From Octopus vulgaris (Eukaryota), in contig OX597815.1 of the NCBI GenBank assembly GCA_951406725.2, positions 20,088,001 to 20,152,000 of the forward strand: a stretch of DNA of 64,000 nt. Direction: 5' to 3'. Positions 1 to 12,146 of the stretch are shown here, in pieces (the first letter of the stretch is position 1; each line of letters starts with the position of its first letter). The notes under the pieces are model-generated. The model was not told where the DNA came from. It saw nothing but the letters and a program-made list of their open reading frames with translations, and did no database searches. Both the position numbers and the translations under genes were made by a program.

Positions 1-797
1 CGTAGCGGCAGACGAAATACCAATTTCTTTACTACCCACAAGGAGCTAAACACAGAGAGGACAAACAAGGACAGATAAACGGATTAAGTCGATTATATCG
101 ACCTCAGTGTGTAACTGGTACTTATTTAATCGACCCCGAAAGGATGAAAGGCAAAGTCGACCTCGACTGAAACTGAACTCAGAACGTAGCGGCAGACGAA
201 ATACCAATTTCTTTACTACCCACAAGGAGCTAAACACAGAGAGGACAAACAAGGACAGATAAACGGATTAAGTCGATTATATCGACCTCAGTGTATAACT
301 GGTACTTATTTAATCGACCCCGAAAGGATGAAAGGCAAAGTCGACCTCGACTGAAACTGAACTTAGAACGTGGCGGCAGACAAAATACCTATTTCTTTAC
401 TACCCACAAGGGGCTAAGCACAGAGGGGACAAACAAGGACAGACCTAGGTATTAAGTCGATTATATCGACCTCAGTGCGTAACTGGTACTTATTTAATCG
501 ACCCTGAAAGGATGAAAGGCAAAGTCGACCGCGGCGGAATTTGAACTCAGAACGTAGCGGCAGACGAAATACCTATTTCTTTACTGCCCACAAGGAGCTA
601 AACACAGAGAGGACAAACAAGGACAGACAAACAGATTAAGTCGATTACATCGACCTCAGTGCGTAACTAGTACTTAATTTAATCGACCCCGAAAGGATGA
701 AAAGCAAAGTCGACCTCGGCGGAATTTGAACTCAGCAGACGAAATACCGGTGTGCATTTCACTCGGCGTGCTAACGATTCTGCCAACTCGCCGCCTT
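1..797 (-). mobile_element. Tandem array of SINE family A (tRNA-derived): one head-bearing copy plus at least 3 head-less 184-bp units
   Basis: Motif cgtagcggcagacgaaatacc (or a near match) recurs at 1, 185, 369 and 553 (period 184). Minus-strand head ggcggcgagttggcagaatcgttagc with B-box-like gagttcaaattcc lies at the right end. Array runs off the window start. Confidence 0.9.
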
Positions 798-2084
798 AAT
801 GATACTTAATATTACGGTACTTTCACTAAGTTGGCTCTACATCTATGTTAATTCAATTTAAATCTAGACTACCCACGTTCTAAAGTTACTCATAGTTATT
901 AACTCTCAACCATGGTCCGCACCCACGGTTGCCCCATATCTGCAGTCATCACTTCTCAACTTAGATTTTAACAGTTTCAGCAAAGTAGTTGGCCTACGAA
1001 TGCCCCACACTCCTACTTCTGCTCTTTACCGCCTGTTATTTACTGATCAACTGCCACAACTAGCTCAATATGATATTAGATAGAAGGAAAGAGTGGAAAA
1101 ACAGAGAAAGAGAGAAACGCAGAGAGAAAAATAGACAGGCAGAGCCCTGTGTATATGATCATGTATGCAAAACACGGCGTCATTATACAGCGCAATGGCA
1201 ATTTTTCAACTCCAATTTAGTTTTGTAGAAGAAATAATTTGGCCAACTCGGATAAAATACTTCTTAAAGAATTGTTATATAGAAACAAACTATTTAGATA
1301 AGAAAAACATATTTAAAGCACTTTTATTTCTAATTCTGTGTATGACAACCTTTCATCTTCGTTTTCGCCTTTCTTGCGTTTATTTATTTATGGTTATTAC
1401 TTTGGTGGCAAAGTAGAGAACTAGGTGAAGAGATAAAGCGTCGATTATGCTCTTTATGTTCTGGGTTCAAATCCAAGTGATGTCACCTTTGTCATTCATC
1501 CCTCTGACGTCCATAAAATAAAATATCTGTCAAATACTGAGATCGAAGGTATCGACTAACACCCACCCTCTCGAAACAGCTGGTTTTGGACCTAAATTGG
1601 AAGGCTTTCATACAAGTGGCGAGTAAGCAGTAACGTTAGAGCGTCGGAGAAATACCTCCCTGTATTTTTTTCCGGCACATTGGTTAGTGAGTTCAAATCC
1701 CATCGAAAGCAATTTTGCTTTTCATCACACCGGGTTGAATAAACAAGATACTGGAGACAATGGTGGCGACTAACCCTTCCACTCAAAATCAATGGGCCTT
1801 TTACCTATATCTAAAACCACCATTATTATTATTTTTCTGATCGCCGGTTGTAGCTGAGCTAAACAAACATTGTAGTAAGAAAGAACATCCTCTCAATGCC
1901 AGCTAGACATATCTATGGAAGGTTAGATACTTCATTTTCATCCTCAATGAACACTCTAAATTTTTGATAGAGGAATAAAACAAAGACGATGCTAGTTTAC
2001 TTAATTTAACAAGAACACAGATTTAGCTAAAGGCCATTAGCTTTAGAAGGATAGGGGGCACAACTCCAAAATTAATAAATATTG

Positions 2085-2293
2085 GTTTCAAATTTTTACA
2101 CAAGACTAATAATTTTGGCGGGTGGGGTAATTCGATTACATCAACCCCAGAATTTTAATAGTACTTATTTTATCGCTCCCGAAATGATGAAAGGTAAAGT
2201 CGATCTCGGCAGAATTTGAACTCAGAACGTAAAGACGGGCGAAATATCCCTAGGCATTTTGCCTGGTGCTCTAACGCTTTTGCCAGCTCGCCG
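2085..2293 (-). mobile_element. Older, diverged family A-related SINE
   Basis: Same head and gatgaaaggtaaagtcgatctcggcagaatttgaactcag body, with a different tail (caaatttt..cacaag). Similar degenerate copies at about 5285-5465, 7700-7905, 11555-11715, 14020-14165 and 63428-63570. Confidence 0.7.
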
Positions 2294-2306
2294 CATTCAC
2301 AAAGTT

Positions 2307-5278
2307 AACTAGAAAAGCACTCGGAGGGCGAAGACCTCTACCAAGCTGCTCATTTCCACCCATATACACGCATGCAGAAAGTCGCCCAATTCCCCAAACC
2401 AACGCCGGCAAAAACATAACCTCCTTGGCGGGGGTAAAAAATATTAACACAGCCATATGATTCCTTTTTAAACCCTCTAAAAACAGGAATCATCTGAAGC
2501 AGTTATAATACATCAATGACAACAGCAAGCTAGTTTCACCACACAACTAAAAAGAAACAACAATTACCTAAAACTTGAGTGATACACTCACAACATGATG
2601 GTGGGAAAAGTAACAGTCGGTTACGGTGACTTGTGGAGGCAGATCCTAGTTCACGTAAACATGATCTAGCAGGCTTCCAAAGTCGGTGGTGGGTTTTTGG
2701 ACTAGTGGGTCGAACCCAAACTGGTTCGTAGTTGTCAAGACCTCATGGTTAGGGGAATCAAGGAGATCAAGTTGAAATCACCAAGGACAATGGTCAGATG
2801 ATTCCTTGGCAAAGATCTTATGAGGTGATTCAGGTTGGTGAGGAAAGGAGCAACTGGTACGGAAGGAGATCTGTAAATGGGGATGATATTGACATCACAC
2901 TGACTCCTCCAAATCGGAATCTGGGTCAGAGTTCCCACAGATATCTTGAAGCCGGCGATGGATGTAATAGAGGAGGTCGGCTCCAACCATAGACACCTCA
3001 TCTATAATCAGGAGCTGCAGCTTGCCCAGCCTTGTGCGGAGAATATTTAACTTCTCACAGCCTGCCGATTGGTACTGGGTACTAGTCTTGAGTCCACAAC
3101 TAAATCCAAGAGCTGAATGCAGCGTCATCCCCTCAGTGCTAAATGCTGCTGTCCCTATAAAAGCAGTCAACAGAACGAGAAGTTCATCAGGACCGAAATA
3201 TCCAGAGAGTGGTTTTAGCAGCTTCATAGTTTCATAGTGAACCAGCTTGATAACATGGCTCTTCCCAACTCCTCCTGGTCCACTACGAAAAACTTTGTAC
3301 TGCGGCATTGGTCGGTCATATTTCAGAGCAATTATCGCATCTTTGCACCACTTTCGATGAAACATTATGACAACCTTCATCTGCTTTTTGTTCAGCGACC
3401 GCATCATGGCTCTGTACTGCTTAGGATTCATTAGGACCTTACTAAGCTCTGCAGTGAAACGAGCATGAAGCTCTGAACGATTACCTGACAACTCTGGAGC
3501 TAGATCGACATTTCTTAATGGATCTTCCTGTGGCAGCTCCCTTTCCTGTACAACACCTTCGTTTTATTCTTCCGCACGTTAGAACTCCACATTTGGGGCC
3601 ACAGCATCCCAGGCATCCTTTTCAAATCGTCATAGGCTCTGTCCAGTTCATCAGCGTTAACACTGAACATGGCTTCGTTAGAATGGATAACAGCTTCGAC
3701 GCTTTCGTAGTGTTCTTGGGAGGATGGATAGTCAGCTTTCAAATCAATCTCTTCATCTCGCCATGGATAGTAAAGCATCAACAGGTTCCTGTATCTACCT
3801 TCTCCTTCCTTCTTTTCTTTGTGGAACTTTATGATGCAGTGGCGCTTTCGTTTTTTCATGCATCCCAAGCTGTTTTTTAGAGTGATAACTTTCGGAAGTT
3901 TGTCTGCAATTTCTTCGGTATCTGAGTTATTGCCACTACCTTTGATGTCATCACTTCCGTCTAAAACATCAGGGATGTGGTCAACTGCATCATCAGGATC
4001 ATCTTTTCCTCCAATTGTGTAAGTGGCTGCAAATTCTACAAAGCACATATCTTCAAGGATATCAGGTCACGTGGCATAGCGGTCAAGAAGTGACGTACAA
4101 TAGATATCTTCATCGTCTTCGTTCATACCTTGGAGGATTTTCTGCAGCTTAAGCATGGACACGCGTTTGTCGTTTGGTGCAGTGTTGATAAACACCACTT
4201 TTCGACTGGCCCTCTTCAGTAGCAGGGAGAGGATTTGTAGGCAGCCCCTGAGCACTAACTTCCCTGTTGTTCAGAAAAACTGATCCTACTTTTCTCAGTT
4301 TTGATTTCAAGTCTTCAACTCTGCTTTCTTCAGCTACTTTCTTCAGCAGTTCACTCATAGCCCTCTCACTTTTCATCATGTAACTGGTTATGTACTTGAA
4401 ACACGAGTAGGGTCCATGATGAACTGCAGGTCTATGTTGGCCGCCAGGTTTTGAGGATCTTCGGATTATACTGGTTGATCTACCTTTCTGAAGGTTGACG
4501 CTTCAACACCACCTGTTTCTCCGATTTCACTAGTTTCACCACACCCGGGTATTCCTGCGGGTTGACATCAGCCTTTTTCAGGAAATCTTCGAAGGAAGTA
4601 ACCTCGGGAACGTTCTTGTCTTCCATGACATCGCTGACGTTTTTGAAGATATCTGCTCTATCGTTGAGCATTGCAACCATAAAGTCGTCTACGTCAGGCT
4701 GACGAGCGATCACAGTTTCAGAAGAGGGATAATGAGGGAAATGGAATCTGCATGATCCACCTCTTCGGCATGTTGCTGAGTTCACATGCTTCTGAAGAGA
4801 GAAAACGACCTGTCTCAAATAGCTCTCTTCTTCTCTTGGAATGACGCACGCCTGGTGCTGGTCGATAAATATAGCGATTTCTTCATCAGTGTTCACATCA
4901 AGCTTCGGCGCATCTTTTATCTAGAGAAGCGAAAATAAAACTTTGAAAGCAGCAACGCCACCATAGGTTACGTGAAAACCATGAACGTGTTTTCAAGGAA
5001 GATAATCCCAGAAAGTTTTCAAACAACGTAACATCGTAATACTTCATGTAAAGTAAATATAACAAATGAAAATCCTTCAAGAATCCATAAAAATTCCTGG
5101 AACACTATCACAACTTCACCATCTGTTCCTCGTGTATTTACCAACTTTTCCTGCAAGTGTCATCAAATACCGTTTACGACTTTTTGAGTTATTTTGCACA
5201 CAGCGGGACAGGCAGAGGGACAGACAGATAAACCAACGCCGATGTAAACATAACCTCCTTCCTTGGCGGAGGTAATAA
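2307..5278 (-). mobile_element. Decayed Helentron (endonuclease-encoding Helitron-like rolling-circle element) with HINE/DINE-type termini
   Basis: Minus-strand 5' end ttattacctccgccaaggaaggaggttatgttt (5278) followed by a TCTG microsatellite. 3' end cttggtagaggtcttcgccctccgagtgcttttctagtt (2307) carries a sub-terminal inverted repeat and hairpin. A second copy of the 5' end lies at about 2395-2437. Encloses RepHel and endonuclease fragments. Confidence 0.75.
2735..4896 (-). pseudogene. Frameshifted Helentron RepHel-endonuclease ORF (Rep C-terminal part, Pif1-type SF1 helicase N-terminal part, AP endonuclease fragment)
   Basis: LQKHVNSATCRRGGSCRFHFP. INQYNPKILKTW..ANIDLQFIMD..YSCFKYITSYMMKSE (Rep tyrosine motif, about 4380-4478). 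NREVSAQ. LLMLYYPWRDE. Walker A GPGGVGKS and Walker B LLIIDEVSMV. Then IYRSPS...IVLGDFN (EEP/AP endonuclease). Multiple frameshifts. Confidence 0.9.
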
Positions 5279-5820
5279 ATATTGACTTCAAATTTTGGCA
5301 CAAGGCCACCAACGTCAAGGGAGGAACTAAGTGGAATACATCGACTCTCGATACCCCAACTGGTACTTATTTTATTGACTCCTGAAAGGATGAAAGATTA
5401 AGTGGAAAGCTCGGCGAAATTTGAACTCAGAACGTCGTGCTGACGATTCTGCTAGCTCACCACCTTAACGAAGTTGATTAAATATTAATTACATTTAAGA
5501 GATGTGGTTAAGAAATCTGCTTCACAACCACGTTGTTCTGGTTTCGATCCCTCCAAATTGAACTTTGGGCAAGTGAGTATGTGTACATGTGTGTGTGTGT
5601 GTGTGAATAGATAGACGTCTGTGTGTGTTTTGTAGGCTGTATGTGTATGTGTTTTGTAGGCTGTGTGTGTGTATGTGTTTGTGAATGGATAGACGTCTGT
5701 GCGTGATTGTAGGTGTGCATAAGCGTATGCATGTATTTGTGTGTGCGTATGCGTGTGAATGGATAAATGTCTGTGTATATTTGTAGGTGTGTTTAAACGT
5801 ATACATGTGTGTGTGTGCGT

Positions 5821-5876
<56 letters not shown>

Positions 5877-6279
5877 TGTACGTACGTGTGCTAGTATTGT
5901 TATATGTGTTTGTGCTTTTGCTGCACCGGTTCCAATCTTGAAACCGGTTTTTTTATTTATATTGTGTCTCTTTATGTCCCGTAACTTTACACTTCAACAA
6001 ATACAATCGATCAAATAACCACCAGACTGGAAAAAGTAGTGGGGTCGATATGATTGACTAAACCCGTCGGTGTGGTGCCCCAGGCCAATGACTGAAATCA
6101 GTAAAAGAATAAAAGAAAGCAGTAAGGAATGAGGTTAATTTTTAACATTATTAATTAGTAATAAATATTACCTGAAAATAGGTAAGCTACATTTCCTCTC
6201 ATAGCCGCAATCGAACTCACACCCTCGGTGAAATTTAACATGCAAATTAAATTAGTTATTATAGTACTATTATGTATCA

Positions 6280-6755
6280 TATTTCTTTACTGCCCACAAG
6301 GGGCTAAACAAAGAGAGGACAAACAAGGACAGACAAACGGATTAAGTCGATTATATGAACCCCAGTGCGTAACTGGTACTTATTTAATCGGCGAGCTGGC
6401 AGAAACGTTAGCACGCCGGGCGAAATGCTTAGCGGTATTTCGTCTGTCGTTACGTTGTGAGTGCAAATTCCGCCGAGGTTGACTTTGCCTTTCATCCTTT
6501 CGAGGTCGATAAATTAAGTACCAGTTACGCACTGGGGTCGATGTAATCGACTTAATACCTATGTCTGTCCTTGTTTGTCCTCTCTGTGCTTAGCCCCTTG
6601 TGGGCAATAAAGAAATAGGTACTTATTTAATCGACCCCGAAAGGATGAAAGGCTAAGTCGACCCCGATGGAATTTGAACTCAGAACGTAGCGGCAGACGA
6701 AATAACGCTAAGCATTTCGCCCAGCGTGCTAACGATTCTACCAACTCACCACCTT
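6280..6755. mobile_element. Family A SINE (+, 6391-6617) inserted in opposite orientation inside another family A SINE (-)
   Basis: 16-bp target-site duplication ggtacttatttaatcg at 6375-6390 and 6618-6633. The flanks rejoin into one minus-strand copy. Confidence 0.85.
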
Positions 6756-7417
6756 TTAGTACTATTATATATCAATAGATTTGGGGGTGATAAAATAAGT
6801 ACCAGTCAGGGTACTGGGGTCGATATAATCAACTAGCCCCTTCCTCCAAATCTTGTATCTACAGTAGATAAGATCAATAGGCAAGGCAGCGAGCCAACAA
6901 AATAGTTAGCTCGTCGAACAAAATGATTGGCGGCATTTGTTCCAGCAGTTTAAGATCGTTCATATTCCGTCGAGGTCGACTTTGCCCTTCATTCTTAAAA
7001 TAAGTATAAGTCCTTCCCCTAAAAATTTCAGGCCTTATGCCTATAGTAGAGAGAATTATGCGACAATAAGCGTACCTAACCAGTCAGCTTCATTCTACAC
7101 TCGCAGTTGTTAACAAATTATAGTTTCATTCTACACATTACCGTCAACAGAAAATGGTTTAGTCTACGCAAAACGTTACTTGGAATATAGACCACTCTAC
7201 ATACGATAGGATCAGTCGAACAGACCATTCTACATACTTTACTTCTTGAAGTCAGGTGTTAGAACAAAAACAAATCAATTTATAAGTTGCTACATAAAAG
7301 AAATAGTAATCTCCATCTTTCAGCTAGCCTTAACTTGAAACCGAATAATAACGGTACATCTGTATACACATGTACAATTATAATCACACATTTATGTAAG
7401 CACAAAAAATAGACTAT

Positions 7418-9430
7418 ACTTTAGGAGGAAGGAAGAAAGTTATCTTTAGAGCAGAGACTTCACCCAAATAGTTTTGACAGGTTTGATTCCAATAAAACCA
7501 CCCAAAGGCCAGGTGATGGCGATAAATTGGATGACAGACATCTACCTATTTCTTTACTACACAGAAGGGTCTAAACACAGAGAGGACAAAACAAGGACAG
7601 ACAACGGATTAAGTCGATTATATCTACCCCAGTACGTAACTGGTACTTATTTAATCGACCCCGAAAGGATGAAAGACTCTCTCTCCCCACTCTTAATATT
7701 GATTTCAAACTTTGACACAAGACCAACAAGTTCAGGGGAGGGTTTAAGTCGATTTATATCAACCCCAGTTGGTACTTATTCTATCGACCCCGAAAGGTTG
7801 AAAGGCAAAGTCGACTTCTGCGGAATTTGAACTCAGAACGTGAAGACGGACGAAATGCCGCTAAGCATGTTGCCTAGCGTGTTAACGATTCTGTCAACTC
7901 GTCACCTTCTCTCCACTCTTAATATTGCCCTTAGGAAGGCAAAGTTTGACACACACAACGTCCGGTCTGGGAATCGAAACCGCGAGTCTGTTGCCCTAAC
8001 CACTGGGCCATTCCGCCTCCACTGCTGGTGATGCTGATTGGTATTGAAACTTACTGTCGGTCCTGAAACAGTGGGCCTATGTCCAAAACGTTCTTGTAAC
8101 CAACACATATAATTTGCTTTCAAGCATCCTTTACCCAATATTATATTACCCCTTGTAGTGTCAGATATTAATTTTAATACAGTTGCGAGTGATTTAAGGG
8201 AAATTTAGCAATTATTTCTAGCCAGTCGATTAACCACTAAGAGTTTATACCATGGCTAGTTACTTTCTATGTCATTGCTTAGCGTATATCTACACTGATT
8301 GAGCCGATTTATAGTAGAAAGGATTCCACCCGTAGCCATCCCATCATCTTATTTTTAGTCATATTGCCTTTCAAACTACATTATCCAATGCATCATTCCT
8401 TTTTACAACTAAGTTGTGGTTTGAGGCAGATTTAGTTGCTATTTCTAGCAAGTAAAGCGATTCCATCTCAGGCTCGCTCGTGTATCTCCTCTCGTAGTGA
8501 CAAAAGGATAAAGAAATTCAACCAATTGATTACAGGAGTGAGGGAAATTAGATTTTCATTTTTTAATAAGACATTCTAAGAAACCCATGGCTTTTAAAGT
8601 AGTCCAAAGTTAGGTATAAGAATGTTCATGCCTTTCTCTGTAATATTAGTGTTAGTGGCGTACCTGAAGGGAAATAGTTACAATTTGAAAAGAAGTCGTT
8701 GATTCGTCTTCTCTTAGCCTAATGCTTATTTGCTAATGTTCAGTGAACACTCTGTTAGGAATTTGATTACAGTTGATTAAATGTAGATGTAACAGATAAA
8801 CTGAGAAATATACGATCATATGCATGAAAACGTAACAGGATTATCTAGATAGTGGGTCTGTCACCCAATTTATCACCATTACCTGGCCTTTGGGTACCGT
8901 AAATCCTCGAGTATAGTCCGCCCTTGAGTATAATACGTAGGGGATTTTTAGGGGTTGTACGTCTGAAAAACCTAAACCTTGTGTATAATACGCACCCCTT
9001 CTCTAACTTGAGTCAAGGAGGTCTATATAACGCCCATGGTTTGTAAAACTGTATACGGTAATGTCCTTTATTATTATTGTATATAAAACAGTGTAAACCT
9101 GTAGCTTTTTTGTGCATTTTCTTTGCAGAAATAAAAAAATAACAGTAATAACCTTTTATAAACGTTGCTTACTGCAAGTTATGGATGATTCTTTTATGAC
9201 TTCATTGCTTTCAGGCTTAGCAAATAAAGACTCGGACATTGCTTAGAAAATATTTTTCATTTTTAACCTCGTATATAGTACGCACTAGGGATTTTGGCCT
9301 TTAAATTTGGGGGGAAAATGCGGATTATACTCGAGGATTTACGGTAGTTTTATAGGAGTCAAACCTTTCAAAACTATTTGGGTAAAATCACTACTCTAAA
9401 GATAACTTTCTTCCTTCCTCCTAAAAGTCT
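7418..9430. repeat. Long imperfect inverted repeat (about 125 bp arms), probable old TIR element with nested insertions
   Basis: 7418-7540 (tttaggaggaaggaagaaagttatctttagag...cccaaaggccaggtgatggcgataaattggatgacagac) is the reverse complement of 8856-8896 plus 9347-9425. The right arm is split by a MITE. Confidence 0.75.
8897..9344. mobile_element. Tc1/mariner-superfamily (pogo-like) MITE, 448 bp
   Basis: TIR ccgtaaatcctcgagtataRtccgc (24/25 match), TA duplication on both sides (8895-8896 and 9345-9346), no ORF. Confidence 0.9.
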
Positions 9431-10109
9431 CGAAGTTTCTTCCTCCCCTGACTAAGCCATGAAAATTTTTTTAAATTGTAAACCGCCAAAATGTAATTTA
9501 TTTGAGGCCTCCGTCAGTCAAGGTCAAACATGTGCATCTGCACATATATGCGCAGGATTGAGCATGAATTTTAAAGGAAGACTAGCAGTTGTCCATTCAC
9601 GCAATTTCCCTCTCCACACTGTCGTTGTTTATTAAAAGTAAAACGGCCGCCAGCTTGGACCGACAACGTAATCGCAAGCTTTGCTGCTGTCAGAACGCAA
9701 AGCGCCGAAAGAAATAAAAGAAGGCCCTCTTATCCAATCTTCTAATAATTCCTCCAATCTGACAACCTGGATTTATACATCTTTATCAACCCTGAAATGT
9801 TGAATGGTAATGTTGACTTCAGTGGAATTTTAACTCCGAAATCAGAAAGTCAAGGAAAATACTGTAGCACATTCTATCTAACGCTCTGACCATTCTGCCA
9901 ATTTGACACCTGTATACAACGCTATCAACCACAACCACAACACAACCTCTGCTTCTCTGAAACGATGAATCTTTGTACTTTCATTTAAAGTTTACTTGAT
10001 CTTTATGTTCTTCCTCTTGTTCTTTCCTACATAGTAATGAATGGCAAAACCAGTAAAAGTGACGGATTGAAAACCTCTTAGCATTCAATGATGTAGTGAA
10101 GACTAGAGG

Positions 10110-10330
10110 TAGTGAACCCACAATCGTAAGTTCCAATTTTCAGACCGGCAGATGAGCAGTGTCCTTGGACAAAACATTTCATTTCACATTGTCCCAATTT
10201 ACTCCACTGAAAATGAGTACCAGTAGCATCCGGTGGGGTAGTAAACTTGCGACAAGTTGGTGCCTCGCTCAGTTGGGGGAAGCAGTATTGTACTCGTACT
10301 AGCTTATACCCCATAGAAACCACAAGGATA
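10110..10330 (-). mobile_element. Highly diverged SINE with CORE-like domain
   Basis: Reverse complement contains gtccaaggacact / ttgggacaatgtgaaatgaaatg-type segments resembling the copy at 54813-55149. Confidence 0.4.
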
Positions 10331-11268
10331 AGCTACAGATTAATGAGCCGGAAACTAATGACAGGCCTAAGATTTAATTACGAACGCCCTTTAAGCGCCC
10401 TTTAAGTTTCCAGTTACAATGCAACCGACTTTACTTCTCACTTTTCCAGTTTTTGTCGTTATTGTTGTTCAGCCACCGCATCCACCATCACCGGCCCTTC
10501 AGTCCTACTCAAGCGGATCTATGCACAAAGATATGCCGATCATGAATAACCTGTTCCAGATTCTTATTTACCCTTTGTAGCTATTATTAATATATTTTTT
10601 GTTCTACTGATTTTTTGAGTTCATTTCAAAGTGTTGGTATGAAGTAAACGATTAAATGTTTAATTAATTTCCATGCTAATATTTAATTAACATCTATAAA
10701 TGGCAAGTTTGGTTGTTGTATGAGCATGGAACTCATGTTTGATTTGAATTGTCACGGTTTAATGGCTAAAATAAGACTGAAAGCAGTGGTGGGGTTTAGT
10801 CCTAGGCTAGGAATGAAAGTGAATAATTTCTAATATTGGTACAAGGACATTTTGTTTTTCTTTTTGGCGGGAGGCACAATGATTAACTCGGTCTAATTAT
10901 ATTACTGGTACTTAACCAAGCCAATGAGTGAACATTTGTGTGAATATTCGCTTACTATAAATAACTGCCGAATTTACCTCAAATTACACTGTCGTCTTAG
11001 ATAAGGAAGGACACTTTGGATAATGTATTCATAGATACAGTGCTTCATAAAGAAAAGGTGGAATGGTCACAAGTGGAACGCTTTTGATCATAGGTATACT
11101 TGATCTGAATTAACCCGGCACTAAACATCACCAACAGGACAATAACCTTTCACTAAAAAAAAGGTGAAGGCAGCTTTCAATTCTTACATTGTGGCTTTCT
11201 CCCAACCAACCATAATCTCTCTCGCCCACCTTCTCTTCCTCTGCCTTCTCTCTCTTTCTCTCTCTCCC

Positions 11269-11306
<38 letters not shown>

Positions 11307-11734
11307 GTGCTTCTTCGCTTCGTTACTTTCTTCTGTAATTCTATGGAAGTGTTCAGGCAGAAGTTCTTCAAGACAACTTGAATTATTCCTGTTTATAAAG
11401 TGTAAGGTCAATTCACTTGTAGTATTTTATTTCAAAATTTATATAAATCTATTTTCGCTTCTTATAATGTGATTCCTACAATATATCTTCACCTAACACT
11501 CCACATTCTTCGACTCATCCGTATTCTTTCTTGCATGGTAAATATTAATTTAGAACTTTGGTAAAAAGCCACAAAATTTTGGGGAAGGTATAGTCGATTA
11601 AATCGAGCCCCCTACTTGACTAATACTTTATTTTATCGATCCACGAAGGATGAGAACTAATGTTAACCTCTGCGTGGTTGAACGCAGAGTAAAAAGCATC
11701 TAACTGAATACTGCAACGACTCTCTCTCTCTCTC

Positions 11735-11914
11735 TCTTTTACTCTTTTACTTGTTTCAGTCATTTGACTGTGGCCATGCTGGAGCACCGCCTGTAGTCGA
11801 GCAAATCGACCTCGGGACTTATTCTATCGGTCTCTATTGCCGAACCGCTAAGTGACGGGGACGTAAACACACCAGCATCGGTTGTCAAGCAATGCTAGGG
11901 GGACAAACACACAA

Positions 11915-11965
<51 letters not shown>

Positions 11966-12146
11966 TATATACATACATATATACGACAGGCTTCTTTCAA
12001 TTTCCGTCTACCAAATCCACCCACAAGGCATTGGTCGGCCCGAGACTATAGCAGAAGACACTTGCCCAAGATGCCACGCAGTGGGACTGAACCCGGAACC
12101 GTGTGGTTGGTTAGCAAGCTACTTACCACACAGCCACTCCTGCGCC
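11735..12146 (-). mobile_element. SINE family B (tRNA-derived head, internal TA/TG microsatellite, (AAAAGAGT)n tail)
   Basis: Head ggcgcaggagtggctgtgtggtaag...ccgggttcagtccc followed by CORE-like ttgggcaagtgtctt. Matches other copies in the window. Confidence 0.9.

Noticed and set aside
1-797. CRISPR-like appearance of the regular repeats
   Set aside because: Whole 184-bp units repeat with no unique spacers, no cas genes, and a eukaryotic SINE context.
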